Assembly (NCBI GenBank): GCA_013697045.1
Contig: JACCXJ010000253.1
Coordinates: forward strand, 1-47,594
Origin: Gammaproteobacteria bacterium
GTDB taxonomy: Bacteria > Pseudomonadota > Gammaproteobacteria > JACCXJ01
DNA: 47,594 nucleotides
Reading direction: 5' to 3'
Every line of letters begins with the position of its first letter. Within the stretch, counting starts at the first letter, position 1. Shown here piece after piece: positions 39,540 to 47,594 of the stretch. The notes beneath the pieces were generated by a model that saw only the letters and a list, made by a program, of their open reading frames with translations, did no database searches and was not told where the DNA came from. The position numbers and the translations under genes are program-made.

Positions 39540-39965
39540 ATCGATCCCCGCACGGATACATACATTGCCGGAACGCTCCCGATTGAAGGATCGAGGCTCG
39601 GGATCGAAGGATCATCGCGATGGAGCAAAGGAGCATCGCGCGCGGGCGAAGGATGATCGCGAGGAAACAACGGATCACCGCGAGGCAGACATCGGATCAT
39701 CGCAGCGGGACGGGAGCGCATCGCGTGCGAACGAAGGGGCATCGCAGGGGACGACGTCCCCACAGCCGATGACGTCGTCCGCGCCTGTGGGGACGACGTT
39801 TCGGCCGAGAGATCGGTCCTCGGGACGCGCGTCCGCGTAAGCATGGGTCGATGTCCGGTGAAGGATCGGTGCGGCAGAGGAACCGCCCACTACGACTCCT
39901 TCCGCAATCCCCGCCGCCCGGACCTTCGGACGAAGGACGGAGTGGTCTACGCGAACCGCCCCTTC
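39540..39965 (+). mobile_element. Repeat element copy B (IS91-remnant-containing)
   Basis: Direct repeat of 38315-38730. Confidence 0.85.
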
Positions 39966-39972
39966 GGCCGGC

Positions 39973-40151
39973 TGGCGCCTCTGCAGCGCGGCGTCCGGAT
40001 CAAGAGGACCGGCGCATTGCGATCATCTGCGAGTCCGAGCTCTTCCCCGAGCACGCCCCCAGGCACGCCGCCGGAGCCGCGCCGCGCGCGATCCCGAGGG
40101 GCTCATCCGCGATCTCAGCGAGCTGTCCCAGGGCGCGCCGGTGGTCCACGA
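39973..40151 (+). pseudogene. mfd: Internal mfd fragment
   Basis: Matches about 45125-45302 (APLQRGVRI...ESELFPEHAP...RDLSELSQGAPVVH) with small indels. Confidence 0.92.
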
Positions 40152-40199
40152 AGACCATGGGGCGGGACGGGCACACGAGCGTCGCCGGCGCTGATCTCG

Positions 40200-40311
40200 A
40201 TCTATGCGCCGGCGAGGTGACAGTTGAAGTAGGCGCCGCCGAGAAGTTATCGAACTCGACACCCGTAGTCTTCGAGTTTAACTCAAAACCGGACGACCAA
40301 ACACGCGCCAT
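40200..40311 (-). pseudogene. Truncated 5' end of a gene coupled to the beta-helix gene
   Basis: ATG overlaps the upstream TAA (TAATG); MARVWSSGFELNSKTTGVEF; composition shifts back to GC-rich near 40200. Confidence 0.55.
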
Positions 40312-43121
40312 TAGAAGCCTCTGGTAAACGCAATAATATCCCAGGTACTATCGGTGCCATTGTACACGGCGCCGAGGTAGTCGGTCTTGTTGGCCGTAGT
40401 GGTTAGGGTGATGCTGGCGAGATCGGTGTTCAGCCGGAAAGCGGTGTCGAGCGAAATAGTACGCGATCCGGTGGCATCCTGTTTCAGCCGCCAGATACAC
40501 TTCTGCCCATCGGTGGGATTTGTTGGATTACCGAGCAGCCTGTTGCCGCCAAGCGTGACCATAAATATGTTGCCCGTCGAAGCATCGGTGGCGATCGTCG
40601 CCGCGTCGGTGAGCCCAACAACCGCCGAACCTTTGATGATTGGTTGAGTGAGCACAGTGCTAGCAGATTGCAGCGCCCGGCCTGTCTCGCGCCAGTTATT
40701 GCCATCCCAGACAAGCGATACGGTATCGACCGCATTTGCTGCAGTAGATAACGTAAGTGAGCTGTTGGCAAGCTTGACATTGCTCGGCCAGGTGACCGTC
40801 CGACTACCGGTTGCGTCTTGGGTAAGCACAAGGATGAGCCGGTCGCCAATAAATGAACCATTGGTGACCGTGAACGTCACGTTACCGGTAAGCGTGCCAT
40901 ACTGATGGTCGCCATTGACCCGTGTAACAGTCACCGCACCCGCGATATTGCCCAACGAGTAGGGTGCGATCGGGTTAATACCACGGTTGTTACGGACTGC
41001 GCTATTGGTCCCCGCAACCCTCGGGGTTTGGTTAAAGTTACTGACGAACGAGTTGTTCTCGACGGTGTGTCCATCCCCTCCTAAGATAGTGACTGTCCGT
41101 GAGGTGACGTTACCTTCGATGGTGTTCCCACGTACTACAATCGGGCCAGCGGTGGTGCTACTGAATTGCACAGATGCCTTGTTTATCCGGCCGTTATTTT
41201 TGCAGTAGTTGTCGGCAACGAGCACTCCGGTCTGGGCGCCCTGGCCTAACACGGCCGATGAGTCGGTGTTCTCGATTGTATTGCCAATGATCACTATGCC
41301 GCTGATCGTTGCGGCCGAATCCATTTCAACTCCAACCCCGTCGGTCGAGATTTGCGATACTGAAGCACCAGCAGGGTAGGTGGTAGTCTGTGATGAAGTA
41401 CAACCAGTCAGCGCGTTTATGCTCTTGCCGGTATAAGTAAATTTATCGGTTGAGATCAGCCGGATCGTCCCCGATGCAGCAAGGCTACTCGCGTCGACTA
41501 CCGACGCAGTGAAAGGCGTACTAGATAGTGTAATCGAGGAAGTAAGATAGGTCATTACCCGGGAGGCGTAACACTCGTTAATGATATTGCCGCAAACAGT
41601 AATTGACTGCGCCGTATGCAAGCTGTCGCCTTGAATTGCGACGCCCTTTTGACAATGACTGATTTTGTTACCGCTTACCGTGACGTTCTTGCCACGGACC
41701 TGAATACCATTGACATTTGATGCGGCCGGGTCGAGGTAGCTAATGCCGCCGATACAAGTATTGTTGGCAAACAAACCTCCATCGAGTGGCTGGTGACAAT
41801 CGAAGTGAGCGGTATCTGATGCAACAGAAGTATTCCCTACGACAGTTAAGTCGCGGGTGAGGCCCTCGTAATTCGTCGTGCCGTGCGTACCGACCACGAC
41901 TGAATGACGACATCTGTTGAAGTGATTGTTGGCGACTGTAAGATTGCGGGTAGCTGATGCTACCAAGATACCATAGCGAATCGTAGCCGAGGCCGTGGTA
42001 GTCTTTACACGGTTAACAACGTTGCCTTCAAATGTAGAATTTAAACAGCTGGTGAAGTCGACTGCCGTATACCACACTTCTTTCCATTCGCAGTCTTCCA
42101 CCTTTAGCCCATCCACGTATTGTGCAAGGAATGTTGCTGTGGCAATATCTGGCGTGCTTGTCTGCGCTGAAGTGAACGTAATGCCACGGACGGTGACGTC
42201 CTTTAGGACAGATACCTTGATAATTGTGGCGCTATCGGAAAGCAGGTGAGGAGAATATATCCGGTCATCGAAGTATACCTGACCATTGGTGGCATCAACT
42301 GATTTGACGATTTTAACTTCATCGGTGTGTTTATTTGGTGTGTCCACCAGGGCGTTCGAGCGTACCAAGACATAATCTCCGGCCAAGAAAGTTGCAGCAT
42401 TAGCGGGCGACACCGAGACGGCGGTGTCGCCAATATTGGCAGAAGCCACGAGAGAGAATGAGGTCTCGAAGGTTGGAGACGAGTTGATAGTTAACGCGTT
42501 GCTACTCGCCCCAGTCAATGAAGTGTCCATAGTAATTGTGGTCAGGCCGCGACCCGAGCCTTCAATCACGATATTTGACAGACTTGCTGTCAATGGCGTC
42601 TTGATCAGCATGTTGGCGCCTGGCGGGAACCGGTAAATCTTATTTGCCCCATACGTCGTCAGCATCGTCTGGAAGGCGGCGGAGTCGTCTGTTACGCCGT
42701 CAAGCACAAGCTCATGGTCAGCCGTGTTGATGAAGATAGTATCTTTAGGGATACCATTCGGTGCCTGCCAACTCGCCGCACTGCTGCTGGTTGCCGTTAT
42801 AACTTGACCATTGGAGGGTATCCCAGTAACAGCGACGCCGTTTACTTTCGCCACCGCGGGATTGGGGTACGTACCCGTCAAATCACCGCCGGCCGAACCG
42901 GTTGGCGTGCGGGAATCAGTTAGCCGAGAGTCAGTCGTAACTGCAATACCAGTTCCATTAATGGTAGCGCCGCCAGTAAAGTCTTTAGCGCCAGTTATTG
43001 TTTCGCTACCAGCTTTATGCACCACTGCATTATCGTCGGCTTTAGTGGCAAGGGTAGTAGACGATTTAAGCGTGCCATCGCTATTGTGATCATCTGACCC
43101 AGGGGTTGGAAGTCGCGTCAT
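40311..43121 (-). CDS. Right-handed parallel beta-helix (pectate-lyase/tailspike-like) protein, 936 aa
   Basis: DGVTDDSAAFQ entry motif, many V.GN/I..N repeats, two C-terminal L.QDATGSRT domains, fibre-like GGDLTGTYPNP; AT-richer than host. Confidence 0.8.
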   Translation of the reverse strand: MTRLPTPGSDDHNSDGTLKSSTTLATKADDNAVVHKAGSETITGAKDFTGGATINGTGIAVTTDSRLTDSRTPTGSAGGDLTGTYPNPAVAKVNGVAVTGIPSNGQVITATSSSAASWQAPNGIPKDTIFINTADHELVLDGVTDDSAAFQTMLTTYGANKIYRFPPGANMLIKTPLTASLSNIVIEGSGRGLTTITMDTSLTGASSNALTINSSPTFETSFSLVASANIGDTAVSVSPANAATFLAGDYVLVRSNALVDTPNKHTDEVKIVKSVDATNGQVYFDDRIYSPHLLSDSATIIKVSVLKDVTVRGITFTSAQTSTPDIATATFLAQYVDGLKVEDCEWKEVWYTAVDFTSCLNSTFEGNVVNRVKTTTASATIRYGILVASATRNLTVANNHFNRCRHSVVVGTHGTTNYEGLTRDLTVVGNTSVASDTAHFDCHQPLDGGLFANNTCIGGISYLDPAASNVNGIQVRGKNVTVSGNKISHCQKGVAIQGDSLHTAQSITVCGNIINECYASRVMTYLTSSITLSSTPFTASVVDASSLAASGTIRLISTDKFTYTGKSINALTGCTSSQTTTYPAGASVSQISTDGVGVEMDSAATISGIVIIGNTIENTDSSAVLGQGAQTGVLVADNYCKNNGRINKASVQFSSTTAGPIVVRGNTIEGNVTSRTVTILGGDGHTVENNSFVSNFNQTPRVAGTNSAVRNNRGINPIAPYSLGNIAGAVTVTRVNGDHQYGTLTGNVTFTVTNGSFIGDRLILVLTQDATGSRTVTWPSNVKLANSSLTLSTAANAVDTVSLVWDGNNWRETGRALQSASTVLTQPIIKGSAVVGLTDAATIATDASTGNIFMVTLGGNRLLGNPTNPTDGQKCIWRLKQDATGSRTISLDTAFRLNTDLASITLTTTANKTDYLGAVYNGTDSTWDIIAFTRGF

Positions 43122-43144
43122 ATTCGCGAGTCCTCGGTCTAGAA

Positions 43145-43170
43145 TCGGGGGACTAAGTCGGGGGACTAAG
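43145..43170. repeat. 13-bp tandem duplication at the oriIS junction
   Basis: TCGGGGGACTAAG x2. Confidence 0.9.
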
Positions 43171-43600
43171 GTATAGGAATTTCAAATGCCCTTTTTCGGC
43201 GAGAGGAATAGTACCGATGGGCCTGTGGGTTGTCAATGACGCCAGCCGTCGGTCCAAGATGGGGAACTTTCCGGGCCGTTCATCGACCTGAGGCGCCCGG
43301 ATCCGCGGTGTTTGGCCTCGCGCGAGTGCCGGCGAAAGGAGGCTGTCGGCTCGGGGAGTTGAACCGGACGGGAGGGGGTCGGGGCCCTCATAGAAGGCCA
43401 TTTGGAATCGATCGAATGGCCGCGGGGGCGATCGGGGCGGTGCCCAGGCGGACAAGCCGAGATGGGTGAGGATCTTGGTGATCACGGGGGATCCTCGATG
43501 GCAGCGAGGATCGTCAAGGTGCCGCCGCACTGCGGACAGGTGCAAGCTGCCGCCCACAGGGGCCGGAGCGCGAGCGTCGGATCGGTGTCGGCTAGGTAAG
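43170..43600 (-). mobile_element. ISCR/IS91-like remnant with oriIS
   Basis: TCPQCGGTLTILAAIED.PVITKILTHLGL...APPRSP transposase C-terminus; GTATAGGAATTTCAAATGC on the + strand resembles the ISCR oriIS. Confidence 0.82.
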
Positions 43601-43767
43601 TCATGCCCTGCTCTTCGATGAGGAAGCCCTTGCGAGATCATCAATGTAAACGACGGGGCGGTGCATACGAGATAGTGCCGGGGCTGTAGCCCGCCCGACA
43701 CCCCCTTGCCAGAACCCACCGCGTGCTTATGATCCCCGTGCCGCCTCGCCGCGCGTCGTCCCTGCCT

Positions 43768-46700
43768 ATGACGGAATCCGACAACCCTCCTTCGGAAGCT
43801 CGGCCATGGGAAACAGAGCCTTTGGTTACCGAGCGTCTGGAGAGCGTCTTCGAGCCCCCCCTGCCCAACCGGCCGGGGGATCGTCGGCGCTGGGCGCGCC
43901 TCTACGGCTCCGGGAAGGGCCTCGCCATCGCTGCGGCCGTGCGCCGCCATCGGGGGCCTTGCCTCGTCATCGTACCGAACGCCGCGGAGGCCGGCCGTAT
44001 CGCCGATGAGGTGCGGTTCTTCGGGGGTGACGGCTTGGAACCGCTCGCCTTCCCGGACTGGGAGACGCTACCCTACGACCGCTTCTCGCCGTACCAGGAC
44101 ATCGTCTCCGAGCGCCTCGCGACGCTCTACCGCCTGCCGGAGCTCCCGGGCGGCATCGTGATCGCCGCCGTGACGACCCTCATGCAGCGGCTGCCGCCCC
44201 GATCCTTCCTCGAAGGGAACACGCTCCTGCTCCGCACCGGCGAGCGGGTGGATCGCGACGCGCTTTGCGAGCGCTTGATCCGCGGCGGTTATCGGGCCGT
44301 GTCCCAGGTGATCGAGCATGGGGACTATGCCCTGCGCGGCTCCATCATGGATGTGTTCCCCATGGGCAGCCCCTCCCCGTACCGCATCGACTGGCTGGAC
44401 GACGAGATCGACAGCCTCCGCACCTTCGACCCCGAGAGCCAGCGCTCGACCGGCACCGTCCCCGAGATCCGGGTGCTCCCGGCGCGTGAGTTTCCCCTGA
44501 CACCGACGGCGATCGAACGTTTCCGCGGCAACTGGCGCGCGCGCTTCGAGGGCTCGCCCCAGGGCTCGCCGTTGTACCGGGACGTGAGCCAGGGCCTCTG
44601 CCCGCCCGGCATCGAGTATTACCTCCCGCTGTTCTTCGAGGAGACGGCGACGTTGTTCGATTATCTGCCCGCCGACACCTTGATTCTCGTGGATACCGGG
44701 GTCGAGGAGGCGGCCGAGCGTTTCCACGGCGAGGTCCGCGAGCGCCACGAGTCCCTGCGCCACGACCGCGAGCGCCCGCTCTGCACACCGGCCGAGGTGT
44801 TCTTCTTGCCGAACGAGGTCTTCGCCGCCGTCAAGGCACATCCCTCGATCATGCTTCTCGGCCCGCTCGCGGAGCGCACGGACGGCGTTTCGGTGCTCGC
44901 CACCCTACCGCCTCCCACGCTGCCTATCGGGGCGCATGCGGCGGACCCGCTCGGGCTCGTGAAACGTTTTCTCGCGACCTATGAAGGGCGGGTCCTGTTC
45001 GTGGCCGAATCCAAGGGCCGGCGCGAGACCCTCTCGGAGCTGTTCCGGCAGCACGCGATCCCCTTCGTGCTTTTCGCCGATTTCCCCGCCTTTCTCACGG
45101 GCGACGCGCGCATCGGCCTCACGGTGGCGCCTCTGCAGCGCGGCGTCCGCATCGAGGACCGGCGCATCGCCATCGTCTGCGAGTCCGAGCTATTCCCCGA
45201 GCACGCCCCCCAGGCACGCCGCCAGAGCCGCGCCGCGCGCGATCCCGAGGGGCTCATCCGCGATCTCAGCGAGCTGTCCCAGGGCGCGCCGGTGGTCCAC
45301 GAGCACCACGGGGTCGGTCGTTATCTCGGGTTGTTTTTACTCGATGCCGGCGGCACCCGGGGCGAATACCTGGGCATCGAATACGCCGACGGTGATAAGC
45401 TCTACGTGCCCGTCCTGGCGCTCCATCTGATCACCCGCTACACCGGCGCGGAGGGCGAGCACGCGCCGCTCCACAAGCTCGGCAGCAGCCAGTGGCAAAA
45501 GGCTCGGGCGCGTGCGGCACAACGCATCAGAGACGTGGCGGCCGAGCTCCTCGAGGTCTATGCGAAGCGCAGCGCGCGCACCGGGCATGCCTACGGCATC
45601 GATGAGGACGCCTACCAGAGCTTCGCCCAGGGCTTTCCCTTCGAGGAAACGCCCGATCAAGCCGCGGCCATCACCGCGGTGCTCGGCGATCTCAGGGCCG
45701 AGCAGCCGACGGATCGACTGGTCTGCGGGGACGTGGGTTTCGGCAAGACCGAGGTCGCGATGCGCGCCGCCTTCGTCGCGGCGATGGACGGGAAACAGGT
45801 CGCGATCCTGGTGCCGACCACCCTATTGGCCCAGCAGCACTTCGAGAACTTCAAGGACCGCTTCGCGGACTGGCCGGTACGCATCGAGTTCCTGTCGCGG
45901 TTTCAAAACAAACGCGAGCAGGACCGGATCACCACGGGCCTAAAAACAGGCGCCGTCGATATCGTCATCGGGACCCACAAGCTTTTGCAGGAGGACGTAT
46001 CGTTCAAGCGCCTGGGGCTTCTCGTCATCGACGAGGAGCATCGCTTCGGCGTGCGACAGAAAGAACGGCTCAAGGCTTTGCGCTCCGAGGTGGACATCGT
46101 GACTCTCACGGCCACGCCCATCCCGAGGACGCTCAACCTCGCGCTGTCGGCGGCGCGCGAGCTCAGCATCATCGCGACCCCGCCGGCGCGCAGGCTGGCC
46201 GTCAAGACCTTCGTCAACGAGTGGGACGACCACCTCCTGCGCGAGGCCATGGTGCGGGAGATCGCGCGCGGCGGCCAGGTGTATTTCCTCCATAACGAGG
46301 TCGAGACCATCGAAAACATCGCGAAAAAGATCGAGACCCTGCTCCCCGAGGGCCGCGTGCGGATCGCGCACGGACAGATGCGGGAGCGCGAGCTCGAGCA
46401 CGTGATGCTCGATTTCTACCACCAGCGCTTCAACTGCCTGGTCTGTACCACCATCATCGAGAGCGGTATCGACGTCCCGAACGCCAACACCATCATCATG
46501 AACCGCGCCGACAAGCTGGGCCTGGCCCAGCTCTATCAGCTCCGTGGCCGGGTCGGGCGCTCCCACCACCGCGCCTATGCCTATCTCGTGATCCCGCCGC
46601 GCCAAGTGCTTGGCGCCGATGCGGTGAAACGGCTCGAGGCCATCGCCTCCATTGAAGAGCTGGGCGTCGGTTTCACGCTCGCGACCCACGACCTCGAGAT

Positions 46701-47316
46701 CCGCGGCGCCGGCGAGATCCTGGGCGAGGAGCAAAGCGGGCATATCCAGGAGATCGGCTTCGGCCTCTATTCCGAGCTATTGCAACGCGCGGTCGCCGAC
46801 TTGAAGAGCGGGCGCGAGCCCCTGCTCGACCGCCCCCTCGACCACGGCACCGAGATCGAGCTGCACACCGCTTGCCTCATTCCCGAAGATTATCTCCCGG
46901 ACGTGCACACGCGCCTCATCCTCTACAAGCGCATCGCGAGCGCGGCGGACGATGCGGCCTTGACGCTCATCATGGAAGAGATGGCGGATCGCTTCGGCCG
47001 CCTGCCCGCGCCCGCCAAGGATCTCTGCCGCGTGACCCGCCTCAAGCTCCGCGCCGCGCCGCTCGGGGTCAAGCGCGTCGACCTCGGCCCCAGGGGCGGG
47101 CGCATCGTTTTTCACCCCGAGGCCCCGATCGATCCACTTTCGGTGGTGCGCCTGGTCCAGAGCCAACCCGCTCGCTATCGCTTCGAGGCTAACGAGCGGC
47201 TCCGCATCACGGCCGATCTGCCCGAGGGCGAGCAGCGCATGGACGCCCTCGACGCGCTTTTCGATCGCCTCGCGGGGCGGGATAACGATGCTGGTCGAAT
47301 CACGCGGCCTGGATAA
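43768..47316 (+). CDS. mfd: Transcription-repair coupling factor
   Basis: FPDWETLPYD.FSP, CGDVGFGKTEVA, DEEHRFG, QLRGRVGRS, TRCF domain. Confidence 0.98.
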   Translation: MTESDNPPSEARPWETEPLVTERLESVFEPPLPNRPGDRRRWARLYGSGKGLAIAAAVRRHRGPCLVIVPNAAEAGRIADEVRFFGGDGLEPLAFPDWETLPYDRFSPYQDIVSERLATLYRLPELPGGIVIAAVTTLMQRLPPRSFLEGNTLLLRTGERVDRDALCERLIRGGYRAVSQVIEHGDYALRGSIMDVFPMGSPSPYRIDWLDDEIDSLRTFDPESQRSTGTVPEIRVLPAREFPLTPTAIERFRGNWRARFEGSPQGSPLYRDVSQGLCPPGIEYYLPLFFEETATLFDYLPADTLILVDTGVEEAAERFHGEVRERHESLRHDRERPLCTPAEVFFLPNEVFAAVKAHPSIMLLGPLAERTDGVSVLATLPPPTLPIGAHAADPLGLVKRFLATYEGRVLFVAESKGRRETLSELFRQHAIPFVLFADFPAFLTGDARIGLTVAPLQRGVRIEDRRIAIVCESELFPEHAPQARRQSRAARDPEGLIRDLSELSQGAPVVHEHHGVGRYLGLFLLDAGGTRGEYLGIEYADGDKLYVPVLALHLITRYTGAEGEHAPLHKLGSSQWQKARARAAQRIRDVAAELLEVYAKRSARTGHAYGIDEDAYQSFAQGFPFEETPDQAAAITAVLGDLRAEQPTDRLVCGDVGFGKTEVAMRAAFVAAMDGKQVAILVPTTLLAQQHFENFKDRFADWPVRIEFLSRFQNKREQDRITTGLKTGAVDIVIGTHKLLQEDVSFKRLGLLVIDEEHRFGVRQKERLKALRSEVDIVTLTATPIPRTLNLALSAARELSIIATPPARRLAVKTFVNEWDDHLLREAMVREIARGGQVYFLHNEVETIENIAKKIETLLPEGRVRIAHGQMRERELEHVMLDFYHQRFNCLVCTTIIESGIDVPNANTIIMNRADKLGLAQLYQLRGRVGRSHHRAYAYLVIPPRQVLGADAVKRLEAIASIEELGVGFTLATHDLEIRGAGEILGEEQSGHIQEIGFGLYSELLQRAVADLKSGREPLLDRPLDHGTEIELHTACLIPEDYLPDVHTRLILYKRIASAADDAALTLIMEEMADRFGRLPAPAKDLCRVTRLKLRAAPLGVKRVDLGPRGGRIVFHPEAPIDPLSVVRLVQSQPARYRFEANERLRITADLPEGEQRMDALDALFDRLAGRDNDAGRITRPG

Positions 47317-47498
47317 GGCGGCGGCCGAGCGACCGCACCCTAGCTAGCAAGGCACCTTCGTATAGCGTCACGGGCAAGAACCGGGCGCCTTCCTTGCGCC
47401 TCGGCGGCCTCGCGACGGGCAGTGGTGAGAAAAACGGGCTTGCGGCGCTCGGGGCTGATGAAAGGATCGTCGTGCGCGCAGCCGATCGGTTGGCCTCC

Positions 47499-47594
47499 TC
47501 AAGAGGGGCCGAGCGGCGGCTCGTCCATGAGCGCCACCTGTTCCCGCAATTCCAGGATCCTGTCCTGCCAGTAACGCGGGGTATCGAACCACGG
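47499..47594 (-). CDS. srkA: Stress-response kinase SrkA/RdoA, 3' end (partial)
   Basis: PWFDTPRYWQDRILELREQVALMDEPPL. Confidence 0.8.
   Translation of the reverse strand, partial: PWFDTPRYWQDRILELREQVALMDEPPLGPS

Overview
GC-rich gammaproteobacterial-type chromosome segment. The intact core backbone is: glnS 3' end; AmmeMemoRadiSam A/B; tRNA-fMet-rimP-nusA-infB-rbfA-truB-rpsO-pnp directly followed by rpsP-rimM-trmD-rplS-ogt-xerD-(kinase)-dsbC; mfd; srkA 3' end. It is interrupted by four accessory islands. (1) 846-5596: a probable new RiPP-like cluster. It encodes a subtilase with a fused Pro/Ile/Gln repeat tail, a B12 radical SAM RiPP methyltransferase with a C-terminal RRE-like domain, a stand-alone copy of the protease pro-domain and a 2OG-Fe(II) oxygenase, bracketed by priA fragments. 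(2) 27012-28920: an AT-richer three-gene operon, PncC/CinA + SLATT 2TM effector + degenerate NadD-like nucleotidyltransferase, a candidate NAD-metabolite defence system. (3) 32790-39515: a decayed integron with an intI pseudogene and a cassette array (HNH, DUF262-DUF1524, two TA modules, GFA, VOC). (4) 40200-43121: a foreign beta-helix gene with a Saccharibacteria-like N-terminus. ISCR/IS91 oriIS-like ends and diverged mfd fragments sit at island borders. All family calls are by eye from motifs, with no database searches. Frameshifts cluster in accessory genes and may be sequencing errors.
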